Assembly: GCA_002753225.1 (NCBI GenBank)
Contig: PDZS01000021.1
Location: 4,857 to 68,856 of the forward strand
Source of the DNA: Deltaproteobacteria bacterium YD0425bin51
Lineage (GTDB): Bacteria; Desulfobacterota; Desulfobacteria; Desulfobacterales; YD0425bin51
Reading direction: 5' to 3'
Length of the DNA stretch: 64,000 bases
Numbering within the stretch: the stretch's first letter is position 1; each line of letters begins with the position of its first letter. Shown here in pieces: positions 37,001 to 45,345 of the stretch. The notes below the pieces were generated by a model. That model was not told the origin of the DNA, ran no database searches, and saw only the letters and a list, made by a program, of their open reading frames with translations. The position numbers and the translations under genes are program-made.

Positions 37001-37155
37001 TGGATAAAAAAAACTGCATATCATGTATAGAAAATTTCCGTCATATAATTGGGGGAACTGCTGATGATATTATTATATTAATTGAAAAGTATCAGTTTGA
37101 TACTATTGATAATCTAATAAATAAGATCAAATCAAAAAGGCAGAAAAAATTATAA
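34081..37155 (+). CDS. Hybrid sensor histidine kinase: two periplasmic SBP_bac_3-like domains, TM, HisKA, HATPase, REC, degenerate HPt-like tail
   Basis: 1024 aa. H-box SHELRTPLNSILGY. G-boxes DSGIGI and GGSGLGLTI. Receiver DLIFMDMKMPVMDG. Two ~230-aa solute-binding-like repeats precede the TM segment at about aa 510-535. Confidence 0.85.
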   Translation: MYRFLKLLYIFIILLNNFSNNIYPSEAPKDKLTYEEKEWLKKHPNIRLGFSSTWEPFLILNPDGSFSGIYPSILKELNLRLQTNISIELSPWKEILEKAKVKKVDGILALHPDNAKLYDLLSTRPFLSNYPTVFSRKGAIIKKIEDLKGKKVSIIKGALFAENLLKQYEGKVSVIKCIDARNALDMVFEGKTDAMVGLSSHNYEITKSKLFGIEPIYVAWDKPFNSVMGIRSDWPELASIINKGLDSFTEDEINRYVNKWINLPLTLQKLLLSDDEWNWVKKNNVIRVGVDPDREPLEFIDDGNLKGISINYLEHIEKLIGRVSFKFVTGSRSDLIKLSKEKKIDIFSCISKTQKKEDYLIFTTTYLKIPVGIFAGEGVTFVGNLNNLSGKKVIVVEGYGIDDLIEKENPKIKIVLAKSNKEALNYLIKGNAFAFVGGILPISHIITHLGYTQIKFVGETNYFNNHTIGIRKELPILKDILQKALNTISENERDEIYKNWVSTTYKYPFDYTYIWKIGLGTLILIAVFIIWNNFLWQEIKRRKKIEEALALAKKKAESANIAKSLFLSNVSHELRTPLNSILGYSQIMQNDPSLNESLKNNLSIIIRSGEHLLSLINEVLDIAKIETGKISIYKATFDFYMLLNDIENIFRVRTNAKDLTFIIEKHGELPRYLISDEVKLRQCLINLLGNAIKFTDKGTIIFRIFAGKKENNIIEIIFEVEDSGIGINEGDIERIFRPFEQIVAANKAEGGSGLGLTITREFALLMGGNVFVKSKHYIGSTFILNIYAEIGKIENIKTYRKILAIKKGQILPKILVVDDKDDNRKILSSFLISLGFIVKEALNGKEAIYEYKSWRPDLIFMDMKMPVMDGYESIKTIRFMPEGANIPIIAISASAFKEDLEKILAAGANDFIIKPFKKDDIFMIIGKFLNIEYDYEEQVNRENSYESEIDDIFEGLILLSDENLEKLKEAILTLDKKNCISCIENFRHIIGGTADDIIILIEKYQFDTIDNLINKIKSKRQKKL

Positions 37156-37172
37156 AAAATTAGGAATAGTAT

Positions 37173-39260
37173 ATGAACTTAGATGAAAGTAAAAAAGCAG
37201 AAGGCACTATTTTAGTTGTTGATGACAATCCATTCAATTTAGATATTCTCCAGAAGCTTTTGACAGATAATGGCTATGAAGTCAGATCAACAACTAGCGG
37301 CAAGTTAGCTCTTAAATATATTCAAAAGTACTTACCTGATTTGTTGCTGCTTGATGTTAAAATGCCAGATATGGATGGTTTTGAAGTTTTAAATAATTTA
37401 AAGGCAAACCCTGAAACATCTGAGATACCTGCTATTTTCATTAGCGCAGTTCATGATACAGAAGAAAAGTTAAAGGGATTCTCATCTGGAGCAGTTGATT
37501 ATATTACAAAGCCTTTTCAGGAAAAAGAAATTTTATGCAGAGTACAAACACATATTTCTCTTAGAAAGATTAACAAAAATTTAGAAAAACTTGTTAAAGA
37601 AAGAACTAATTCCCTTGTAAAAAAGACTCATGAACTTGAAATTTCTGAAGACAGGCTAAAAGCTCTCATTAAATTACATTCAATGAAAGATTTGCCAGAA
37701 AAAGAGCTTTGTAAGTATGCGCTTGAAGAGGCTGTTAGACTTACAGAAAGTAAAGCAGGTTTTTTTCATTTTATTAATGACGATGAGAAAACTATTTCTC
37801 TTTTTTTATGGTCAAAAGATACTTTAAAAATATGTAAATCTGAAACTACTCCTCATTACCCATTAGAAAAAGCTGGAATATGGGCAGATTCTTTACGTAT
37901 GCGAAAAATTGTTATACACAATGATTATCCTGGATATGATGCTAAAAAAGGTTATCCTGAAGGACATTTTCCAGTTCTAAGGCATATGAGCGTTCCAATT
38001 TTTGATAACAATCATGTTGTAGCAATTGTAGGAGTTGGGAATAAAGAAATGCCATATGATGAATCAGATTCAAGACAACTTTTTCTTTTTTTTAATAGCA
38101 CATGGGATATCATAAAACAAAGACGAACTGATGAAGAGAAAAGATTAATTGAAAAACAACTAAGACATGCTCAAAAGATGGAAGCTATAGGCACATTAGC
38201 TGGAGGGATTGCCCATGATTTTAATAATATTTTAAGCATTATTATGGGTTATTCTGAACTTATCTTGAATAAATCATCTTTAAGTTTAGAAAATACTAAT
38301 GATGTAGATAAAATTTTAGCTGCTGCAAACAGGGCAAAGGATCTCATAAAACAGATTCTTACTTTCAGCCGAAAAGAAGATAACAAATTTATTCTTTTAA
38401 ATCCTGCATTTATTATTAAAGAAACCATGAAAATGCTAAATGCTTCTATTCCAAAAAACATTGAAATAAAGCAAAAAATCGACTTTAAAAGTGGTATGAT
38501 AATGGGTGAACCTGTTCAAATCCAGCAAGTTCTTATGAACCTTTGCACAAACGCTTACCATGCAATGGAAAAAACAGGAGGTATTTTAAGTGTTGAGCTA
38601 AAAAATGCCGACAATTATGTTGAACTTACAGTTTGCGATACAGGATATGGTATCGAGCCTGAAATCACAGAAAAAATTTTTGATCCTTATTTTACTACAA
38701 AAGATAAAGAAAAAGGAACAGGGCTGGGACTATCTATTGTTCAAGGGATTGTAGAGAAATGTGGAGGTAAAATTACAGTTGAAAGTTTTATAGGAAAAGG
38801 AACTAAATTTACTATACTGTTCCCAATTGTTAATGATAAAGAGATAATAAAAGAAAAGTCTCATGAAAAAGCATTAGGAGGAAATGAAAGAATACTATTT
38901 GTTGAAGATGAAGAAGCAATTGCTAATATGTACAAAATTATGCTTGAAGAAATTGGTTACACTGTTACTATAAAAACAGATGCAAATGAAGCTTTAGAAC
39001 AATTTCAAAAAGATCCTACTATATTTGATCTTTTAATTACTGACCAAACAATGCCAAAAATGACAGGAGATGAATTTGCTAAAAAATCACTAAAGATCAG
39101 ACCTGATATTCCTATTATTCTATATACTGGTTATAGTTCAGTCATTTCTCAAGATGAAGCAAAAAAAATTGGTATTAAAAAGTTTGTATTAAAACCTATA
39201 GGACAAAACGATTTTACAAATATTATAAGAAGAGTTTTAAATGAATCAAAAATTAGATAA
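37173..39260 (+). CDS. Hybrid two-component protein: REC-coiled coil-GAF-HisKA-HATPase-REC
   Basis: 695 aa. N-terminal receiver LLLLDVKMPDMDG, H-box AHDFNNILS, DTGYGI/GTGLGLSIV, and C-terminal receiver LLITDQTMPKMTG. Confidence 0.85.
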   Translation: MNLDESKKAEGTILVVDDNPFNLDILQKLLTDNGYEVRSTTSGKLALKYIQKYLPDLLLLDVKMPDMDGFEVLNNLKANPETSEIPAIFISAVHDTEEKLKGFSSGAVDYITKPFQEKEILCRVQTHISLRKINKNLEKLVKERTNSLVKKTHELEISEDRLKALIKLHSMKDLPEKELCKYALEEAVRLTESKAGFFHFINDDEKTISLFLWSKDTLKICKSETTPHYPLEKAGIWADSLRMRKIVIHNDYPGYDAKKGYPEGHFPVLRHMSVPIFDNNHVVAIVGVGNKEMPYDESDSRQLFLFFNSTWDIIKQRRTDEEKRLIEKQLRHAQKMEAIGTLAGGIAHDFNNILSIIMGYSELILNKSSLSLENTNDVDKILAAANRAKDLIKQILTFSRKEDNKFILLNPAFIIKETMKMLNASIPKNIEIKQKIDFKSGMIMGEPVQIQQVLMNLCTNAYHAMEKTGGILSVELKNADNYVELTVCDTGYGIEPEITEKIFDPYFTTKDKEKGTGLGLSIVQGIVEKCGGKITVESFIGKGTKFTILFPIVNDKEIIKEKSHEKALGGNERILFVEDEEAIANMYKIMLEEIGYTVTIKTDANEALEQFQKDPTIFDLLITDQTMPKMTGDEFAKKSLKIRPDIPIILYTGYSSVISQDEAKKIGIKKFVLKPIGQNDFTNIIRRVLNESKIR

Positions 39261-39270
39261 AGGAATAATA

Positions 39271-41394
39271 ATGACACAAAATCCACTACATAAAATCATG
39301 TCTCCAAGTTCCATAAGTATAGTAGGTGCTAGCAATAATCCCATGAAAATGGGAACAATGCAGTTTTTAAATATTGTTCATGGCGGATTTAAAGGTAAGG
39401 TAATGCCCATACATCCCAAGGAAAAAATAATTTTTGGTATAGAAGCTTTTGCAAATATTAAAGACCTTCCAGTTGCTCCAGACTTAGCAATGCTTGTTGT
39501 GCCAACGCATTTAATTCCTTCAATGATGGAAGAATTTGGACAGATTGGAACAAAACATGCGTTAATTATTTCTGCAGGCTTCAAAGAAGTTGGAAAAGAA
39601 GGTGAAGAATTAGAAAAACAAGTAATATCAATTGCCAGAAAATATGGAATCCGTTTTGTAGGGCCAAATTGTATGGGTCTTATAAATACGCATCTTCCTT
39701 TAAATACAACAGTTGGACCAGTACAAGATTTGTGCGGAAATGTCAGTATAATATCTCAAAGTGGGACATATGTAGCTCAAGTCTTATCATATATACATAA
39801 CCGTGGTATACGTTTCAGCAAAGCCATTAGCGTTGGAAATGAGGCTGATATAGATATTGTTGACTGTCTGGAATACCTTGGAGAAGACACAGAGACAAAA
39901 GCTATTGGAATTTACATTGAATGTATAAGAAGACCTGAGAAATTTTTAGAAATTGCTAGAAATGTTGTTAAAAACAAACCTGTTGTGGCTCAATATGTAG
40001 GAGGGAATAAAGCAGGAGCTAAATCAGGTTTGAGCCATACAGGGGCATTAGCAGGTCCTGACTACATATATGACGGCTTATTTGAACAAGCTGGAGTAAT
40101 AAGGGTCAAAACTATAGAAGAAATTTATTCTGCGACCCATACACTGGGAAGTCTTCCAAGGTTAAAAGGAAAAAGAATTGCTATTCTAACAAATTCAGGC
40201 GGACCTGCTACTGCAATGGCTAGTGTACTTGATGAAAATGGACTGGAAATGCCTGAACTTTCAATAGACTTACAAGAAAAAATAAAATCTCTTATTCCTG
40301 GTCATGCTAGTTCTAAAAATCCTGTTGACCTTACATTTCACATGGATATGTCTCTTATGACAGATACTCTGCCAACTATGTTGCTTGAATCAGACGAAAT
40401 TGACGGGCTTTTAATTCATGGTATCATGGACACAGGATGGGCAGAACTTGCTTTTCCAGTATTTAGCGCAGCTATAGGCTTAAAAAAAGAAGACTTAATT
40501 AAACTGTTTACCACAAATTTGAATGCAATTTTAGAATTACCTTGGAAAACAAATAAACCAATTATTATATCCTCGTTTTTCGATAAAGAAGACCATGCCA
40601 AATGCTCTTTTTATGAAAAAGGTATACCTGCTTTTAATGCTCCAGAAAAGGCAGCAAAAGCCATGTCTATGCTTTATAAATATTATTTGATTCAAAACAA
40701 AGAAATATCCAAAATTGAATTATCCTCCATACCTGAAAGAGCTATCGCTATTATGAATAAAGAAGCTATAAATGGAATAGATGAATATACTGCAAAATCG
40801 ATCCTAAGGACATATAACATATCTACATGTAAAGAGATTCTAGTTAAAAACCCTCAAAATGCAGTACTTGCTTCTAAAACAATTGGATATCCTGTTGTTG
40901 TAAAGGCATGCTCAAAAGAAATAAAACATAAAACTGAAGCAAAACTTGTGCATATTAATCTAAAAACAGATGAAGAAGTCTTTGAAGCCTGTGTAAAGAT
41001 CCAGAAAATAGCAAAAAATTCCCCTCTATTAATATGTGAAATGATAAAAGGAGAACGTGAATTTATGGCAGGAATAGCAAGAGTTCAAGGTTTTCCACCA
41101 TGCGTAATGTTTGGAATTGGAGGTATTTTTGCTGAAGTTTTTTGTGACAGAGCTATTCGCATAGCTCCCCTTAGTTTAAGCGATGCTTATTCATTGATTC
41201 ATTCCATTAAATCACATGAAATATTAGGAAATTATCGTGGAATGGGAGCTGTTGATATATACGAAATGGCAAAGCTGTTAGTCGCTTTAGGGAACATTGC
41301 TGTACATTTCCCTGATATAAAAGAAATTGATTTAAATCCAATTATTATTCAAAATAGAAAACCTATTGTGGTTGATTCACTCTTTATCAAATAA
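39271..41394 (+). CDS. ADP-forming acetyl/acyl-CoA synthetase family protein (CoA-binding plus succinyl-CoA-synthetase-like plus ATP-grasp)
   Basis: Start trimmed to ATG 39271 (AAAGGA upstream). Carries SIVGASNNP..MG, GPNCMG and SQSG motifs, with an ATP-grasp C-terminal third. Confidence 0.8.
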   Translation: MTQNPLHKIMSPSSISIVGASNNPMKMGTMQFLNIVHGGFKGKVMPIHPKEKIIFGIEAFANIKDLPVAPDLAMLVVPTHLIPSMMEEFGQIGTKHALIISAGFKEVGKEGEELEKQVISIARKYGIRFVGPNCMGLINTHLPLNTTVGPVQDLCGNVSIISQSGTYVAQVLSYIHNRGIRFSKAISVGNEADIDIVDCLEYLGEDTETKAIGIYIECIRRPEKFLEIARNVVKNKPVVAQYVGGNKAGAKSGLSHTGALAGPDYIYDGLFEQAGVIRVKTIEEIYSATHTLGSLPRLKGKRIAILTNSGGPATAMASVLDENGLEMPELSIDLQEKIKSLIPGHASSKNPVDLTFHMDMSLMTDTLPTMLLESDEIDGLLIHGIMDTGWAELAFPVFSAAIGLKKEDLIKLFTTNLNAILELPWKTNKPIIISSFFDKEDHAKCSFYEKGIPAFNAPEKAAKAMSMLYKYYLIQNKEISKIELSSIPERAIAIMNKEAINGIDEYTAKSILRTYNISTCKEILVKNPQNAVLASKTIGYPVVVKACSKEIKHKTEAKLVHINLKTDEEVFEACVKIQKIAKNSPLLICEMIKGEREFMAGIARVQGFPPCVMFGIGGIFAEVFCDRAIRIAPLSLSDAYSLIHSIKSHEILGNYRGMGAVDIYEMAKLLVALGNIAVHFPDIKEIDLNPIIIQNRKPIVVDSLFIK

Positions 41395-41403
41395 AATATA
41401 ATA

Positions 41404-41434
41404 GATTTGACAACTTTTAAAAAGTTGTCAAATC
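41404..41434. terminator. Perfect inverted repeat between convergent genes (bidirectional terminator candidate)
   Basis: GATTTGACAACTTTT-A-AAAAGTTGTCAAATC, with 15-nt arms, lying between the stops at 41394 (+) and 41449 (-). Confidence 0.6.
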
Positions 41435-41448
41435 TTGATAATCTTTAT

Positions 41449-41784
41449 CTAATTAACAGCAAATTCTGTATATTTACGTTTATATGGAGCATGAAAGCCT
41501 AATACAATATCTTTTTTAGGAACACCTAATGATAATAATTCATTAGCTATTCCTATTTCAGTTCCATCATGCTGTATCCAGATTTTATCCCCTTTAAGAT
41601 CAATGTGCAATATACATCCATAAATTCGTTGTTGTCCATGCCATCCTACACTTACCAATTGATAATGATCGCGCTCTTTATCTTCAATTAATTGAATTTC
41701 ACTATCATCATAAGATGACTTATAACTGGAATATTTATTTAATATATTTTGAATATAATCTCTATATTCATTTATTCTTGCCAT
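41449..41784 (-). CDS. xisI: XisI-family protein
   Basis: 111 aa. YQLVSVGWHGQQRIYGCILHIDLKGDKIWIQHDGTEIGIANELLSLGVPKKDIVLGFHAPYKR is the canonical XisI pattern. Confidence 0.85.
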   Translation of the reverse strand: MARINEYRDYIQNILNKYSSYKSSYDDSEIQLIEDKERDHYQLVSVGWHGQQRIYGCILHIDLKGDKIWIQHDGTEIGIANELLSLGVPKKDIVLGFHAPYKRKYTEFAVN

Positions 41785-42188
41785 CTTACAATTACCTCCT
41801 CTTCAACATTATATATAATCGAATTTAATTGATAACGCTTAATTACAGATTGAATGAAGGGTAACATGAAGAACGATTTATAAGTATCTACTGGAACTGC
41901 TAAATATAAAATACGATCCATTCTCTGCTCTTCTATGGCAAGTCGATAATTCATAAATTGACCCAAAGCTGTATGAAATTCATAAATCGTTGATGGGCTT
42001 AAAAAGCTTTTAATCTCTACAGCAATTTTAGTTCCATTCTTTTCAGCACCTATAATCTTTTCAGCACCTATATCCACATACATTTCAATACCACCAACTT
42101 GGATAAACAATGGATCATGTGTAATTATCCATCCTTCTTTCAATAAAGCGTTCTTTACAGCATTATGAAAAACATCTTTTTCAGGCAT
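41772..42188 (-). CDS. xisH: XisH-family protein (PD-(D/E)xK-like)
   Basis: 138 aa. MPEKDVFHNAVKNALLKEGWIITHDP...VDIGAE...KIAVEIKSF is the canonical XisH pattern. Overlaps xisI by 13 nt. Confidence 0.85.
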   Translation of the reverse strand: MPEKDVFHNAVKNALLKEGWIITHDPLFIQVGGIEMYVDIGAEKIIGAEKNGTKIAVEIKSFLSPSTIYEFHTALGQFMNYRLAIEEQRMDRILYLAVPVDTYKSFFMLPFIQSVIKRYQLNSIIYNVEEEVIVRWQE

Positions 42189-42345
42189 ATCTTACCAATT
42201 CTCAATTAAATACAAATGGTTTAAATTTACATATATTTATTTAAATAATAAGCAATATTTTTAACTATTTCAATAGGATTATCATAATAAATAAATAAAT
42301 AAAAATTGTCTGGACAAATAAAACAAATAAATATAACAATAAGTC

Positions 42346-43635
42346 ATGAATAATAAAGAAACAGTTTACATAGCAGGCAGTTCTTACAGCCTCTCTGAAA
42401 AGGGAGGTTTGAACAATATAGCTTCTTCACTTAAAAAAGAAGGATATGATATATATTTATCATATTCAGATGGACTTCAAGCATTTATTGAAAAGTTTAA
42501 AGGTTCTGATGGGTATGAAATTATGTATAAAAGCCTTCAAAAAGCAATATTTTGTCATGAAATTTTTAAACTTCTTGAAATTTCTGACTATTTAGTCTTT
42601 AGCATGAATGGACGTGTTCCTGATGAAAATGGAACCTTTATGACTGCAATTGCTTTTTCTGCAGGCAAACCCCTCGTGATTTATAAAAATGACCATAGAA
42701 CAGTATTCCATGGGAACAATAATTCCATGATAGATGGCTGTGCTTGGAATTTTTCAAATGTTAATAAACTTTCAGATATTTCTTTTGCGCTTCAAAAGGC
42801 AAAAAAAAATAATGAAAAAATTGGGGTTGAAAAAATTTCAAATGACAAATTACCGCCCTATATTCAAAACTCATTAAAAATTGGTAAAGAGATAGAAACT
42901 TATCTAGCAGATTCTAATGAAATAAATCCTGATCTTTTTTTACTCGATATCAACAATATTGTCCAAAAAAATGACATTATTCCTTCAGATAATAATTCAA
43001 ATTCATGGACAACCCAAAACCAAAAGATATTTGTTTACTGCTCAGGGGGACTTTTCTGTCCTGAGGAACTTTCTGATATGAATGCAATTTCTGACATATT
43101 AGAACAAAATGGTTATGGAACTTATCTGCCACATAGAGACGGTGTAGAAGCATTTGTGATAAACAATACTAACAGTTGGTTTGCAAACTCTGCATTAACT
43201 AAACCTTTTTTAATAAACATTAATAAACAGGTATTTGCTCTAGATGTTTTTCAGATTGTTGAAAAATGTGATTATTTTATCATGAATATGAATGGACGTG
43301 TTCCTGATGAGGGAGCTGTTGTAGAAATTGCAATAGCTCTTATGCATAATAAACCAATTGTTATTTATAAAGATGACTTAAGGACTTTATACTTTGGAAT
43401 TAACAGCCCAATAATTATGGCAGCCAGCTATGATTTTACAATTACAGATAAACTTGAAAATATTCCAAATGAACTATCAAGGAAAGCTGCCATAGTATCA
43501 TCTATGAACAAAGAACCATATTATAGTATGGTCCAGCCTAACGTCAAAAAAATTGTTAAATACGGAGAAAGTATCCAAAAACGAATCGACTTTTTAAAAT
43601 GGGCTAAACCAAAAAATAAAATGTTAAACAGTTAA
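42346..43635 (+). CDS. Tandem-duplicated nucleoside 2-deoxyribosyltransferase-like protein
   Basis: 429 aa in two homologous halves. First half: VYIAGSSYS..YLSYSDG..MNGRVPDENGTFMTAIAFSAGKPLVIYKNDHRT. Second half: IFVYCSGGLF..YLPHRDG..MNGRVPDEGAVVEIAIALMHNKPIVIYKDDLRT. These match the NDT pattern AGPLF...LPQRDG...D.G...E.G.A...KP. Confidence 0.65.
   Translation: MNNKETVYIAGSSYSLSEKGGLNNIASSLKKEGYDIYLSYSDGLQAFIEKFKGSDGYEIMYKSLQKAIFCHEIFKLLEISDYLVFSMNGRVPDENGTFMTAIAFSAGKPLVIYKNDHRTVFHGNNNSMIDGCAWNFSNVNKLSDISFALQKAKKNNEKIGVEKISNDKLPPYIQNSLKIGKEIETYLADSNEINPDLFLLDINNIVQKNDIIPSDNNSNSWTTQNQKIFVYCSGGLFCPEELSDMNAISDILEQNGYGTYLPHRDGVEAFVINNTNSWFANSALTKPFLININKQVFALDVFQIVEKCDYFIMNMNGRVPDEGAVVEIAIALMHNKPIVIYKDDLRTLYFGINSPIIMAASYDFTITDKLENIPNELSRKAAIVSSMNKEPYYSMVQPNVKKIVKYGESIQKRIDFLKWAKPKNKMLNS
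42604..42626 (+). repeat. 23-nt exact intragenic direct repeat, copy 1 (ATGAATGGACGTGTTCCTGATGA)
   Basis: Identical string at 43288-43310, encoding MNGRVPDE in both halves of the protein. Confidence 0.9.
43288..43310 (+). repeat. 23-nt exact intragenic direct repeat, copy 2
   Basis: Identical to 42604-42626. Confidence 0.9.
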
Positions 43636-43636
43636 C

Positions 43637-44446
43637 TTAACCTTTTTCCCAAGGCCACATCTTGTCTAAATAAACTAAACTAGGCCAAAGTTCTTCCTCT
43701 CTATGAGGTTCTAAAGTTAAAATAGGAATAGTCTTTTTTTGAATTTTTAGCATATCAAAAAATTTAGGGAAATTTATTATCCCTTTTCCCATAGCTATAT
43801 GGTCGTCTTTCTTTCCGAAATTATCATGAAGATGAAGTTGTCCAATATATGCGCCAAGCTCTTTCACCCAATCCTCAAGTGGGGAATCACTAAAAGCAGA
43901 CTGGTGACCTATATCAAAACAAAAACTGACTCCAAGATGTTCTAATTTTTTAAACAAAAATTTTATTTCAGATGGATTTTTCTCATAAACATTTTCTATC
44001 ATAAGCTTTGACCCTTTTTTTATTACCTCTTCTCCAAACCATAAAAAAGTATCAATTAAATTCCCAGACCATTCATCATATATAAAACCATATCTTTTAA
44101 CATCATATCCTGTATGACAAACAATTGATTTTGGCTTGAAAATAGGAATTAATTTTAATAATTGTTTAAAACGATACTTTGTTATTTTTCTAATATAAGG
44201 GTCTGGAGAACCTGGAGAAAGATCCATAAAAGGACCATGAAGTGTTATGGCAAGATTGGATTTATGAAACTTTAATGCAATCTCATTGCAATCAACTATA
44301 CCTGAAGTAAAACTGTCTAAAGCTTTTGCATCGAATCCAATTTCTGGGTTTAGTTTTTTCTCTATAAAAATTTTTAAATATGATTCATAAAGCCAGTTAA
44401 AAGGAATGTTTACATGAACTTGATTCTGTACCATAAAATTATTCAT
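43637..44446 (-). CDS. Sugar phosphate isomerase/epimerase (xylose-isomerase-like TIM barrel, AP_endonuc_2 family)
   Basis: 269 aa. Metal-ligand pattern: HG..., IENV, FCFDIGH, LHLHDN, LEP. Its stop codon lies 1 nt from the stop of the convergent gene. Confidence 0.65.
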   Translation of the reverse strand: MNNFMVQNQVHVNIPFNWLYESYLKIFIEKKLNPEIGFDAKALDSFTSGIVDCNEIALKFHKSNLAITLHGPFMDLSPGSPDPYIRKITKYRFKQLLKLIPIFKPKSIVCHTGYDVKRYGFIYDEWSGNLIDTFLWFGEEVIKKGSKLMIENVYEKNPSEIKFLFKKLEHLGVSFCFDIGHQSAFSDSPLEDWVKELGAYIGQLHLHDNFGKKDDHIAMGKGIINFPKFFDMLKIQKKTIPILTLEPHREEELWPSLVYLDKMWPWEKG

Positions 44447-44580
44447 AAATTACCTCTTTTAATTATTTTTTCTAATTGTTATATCACAAAATATAATAAA
44501 AGTGCTTGAATATTTTGTAAAAGTATGATGGTTTAAGAAATGCTTATTTTTTAATAACATTTAAGATATGGGGGAGAATT

Positions 44581-45345
44581 ATGAGGGGAACAGAATATAT
44601 AAAAGAATTTATGCTTATAAGTGTTGGAAGACCCGGAATAAATATAAGACTCAGTAAATTTGGAACTTTTATATTCGCAGTTTTACTCATAATCCTTATA
44701 TTCATTGTTGCAAATATTGTTATTAAAGAGGTTTCTCAGAGAAATATAGAAATTGAGAAACATCGTAAAACCATACAAAATTTAAAGGATGATATAAAAA
44801 AGAAAGATGAAGAATTAAAAGAATTAAATGAATTTAAAGAACTTATGGATGCTATAAAAAAATTAAGCCGTAGTATGCTGAATAAAAAAGATCAGCAGGA
44901 TTTAGCAATGATAATATATGGAGAGAGCCAAAAATATAAATATGACTGGCGTATGATCTTAGCTATTATAATGACAGAAAGTAATTTTAAAGCAAAGTTG
45001 GTGGTAAGCAATAATTATTATGGTTTGATGCAGTTAAAAGATAGCACAGCAAAAGCATTTGGAAGCAAACTTGGCATGAAAATAAAAAAAAACTATGAAC
45101 TTTACAGTATAAAAAAAAATGTATTAATAGGTGCATTCTATCTTTTTCTTCAAATAATAGACTTTAAAGATATTAAACGAGGAATAATTGCTTATAACAC
45201 TGGACCAACAAGGGCAAAAAAAAATAAAAAAGTAAGTTCTGATTATTTAAGTAAAGTCTTAAACAACTACAGATATTTGCAGGAAAACTATAACGTGGCA
45301 TTTGATGATAAGGAGATATCCGATGAGGCTTCTAACCCGGGCTGA
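44581..45345 (+). CDS. Membrane-anchored lytic transglycosylase (SLT domain) with coiled-coil linker
   Basis: TM segment FIFAVLLIILIFIVANIVI. Catalytic region IIMTESNFKAK...YYGLMQL...AYNTG. Confidence 0.75.
   Translation: MRGTEYIKEFMLISVGRPGINIRLSKFGTFIFAVLLIILIFIVANIVIKEVSQRNIEIEKHRKTIQNLKDDIKKKDEELKELNEFKELMDAIKKLSRSMLNKKDQQDLAMIIYGESQKYKYDWRMILAIIMTESNFKAKLVVSNNYYGLMQLKDSTAKAFGSKLGMKIKKNYELYSIKKNVLIGAFYLFLQIIDFKDIKRGIIAYNTGPTRAKKNKKVSSDYLSKVLNNYRYLQENYNVAFDDKEISDEASNPG

Noticed and set aside
42287-42305. (AATA)n/(AAAT)n microsatellite-like run in the xisH / NDT-like intergenic region, considered as a repeat element or CRISPR-like feature
   Set aside because: It has only about 4 units with no spacers. 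That is ordinary low-complexity sequence for AT-rich promoter DNA.
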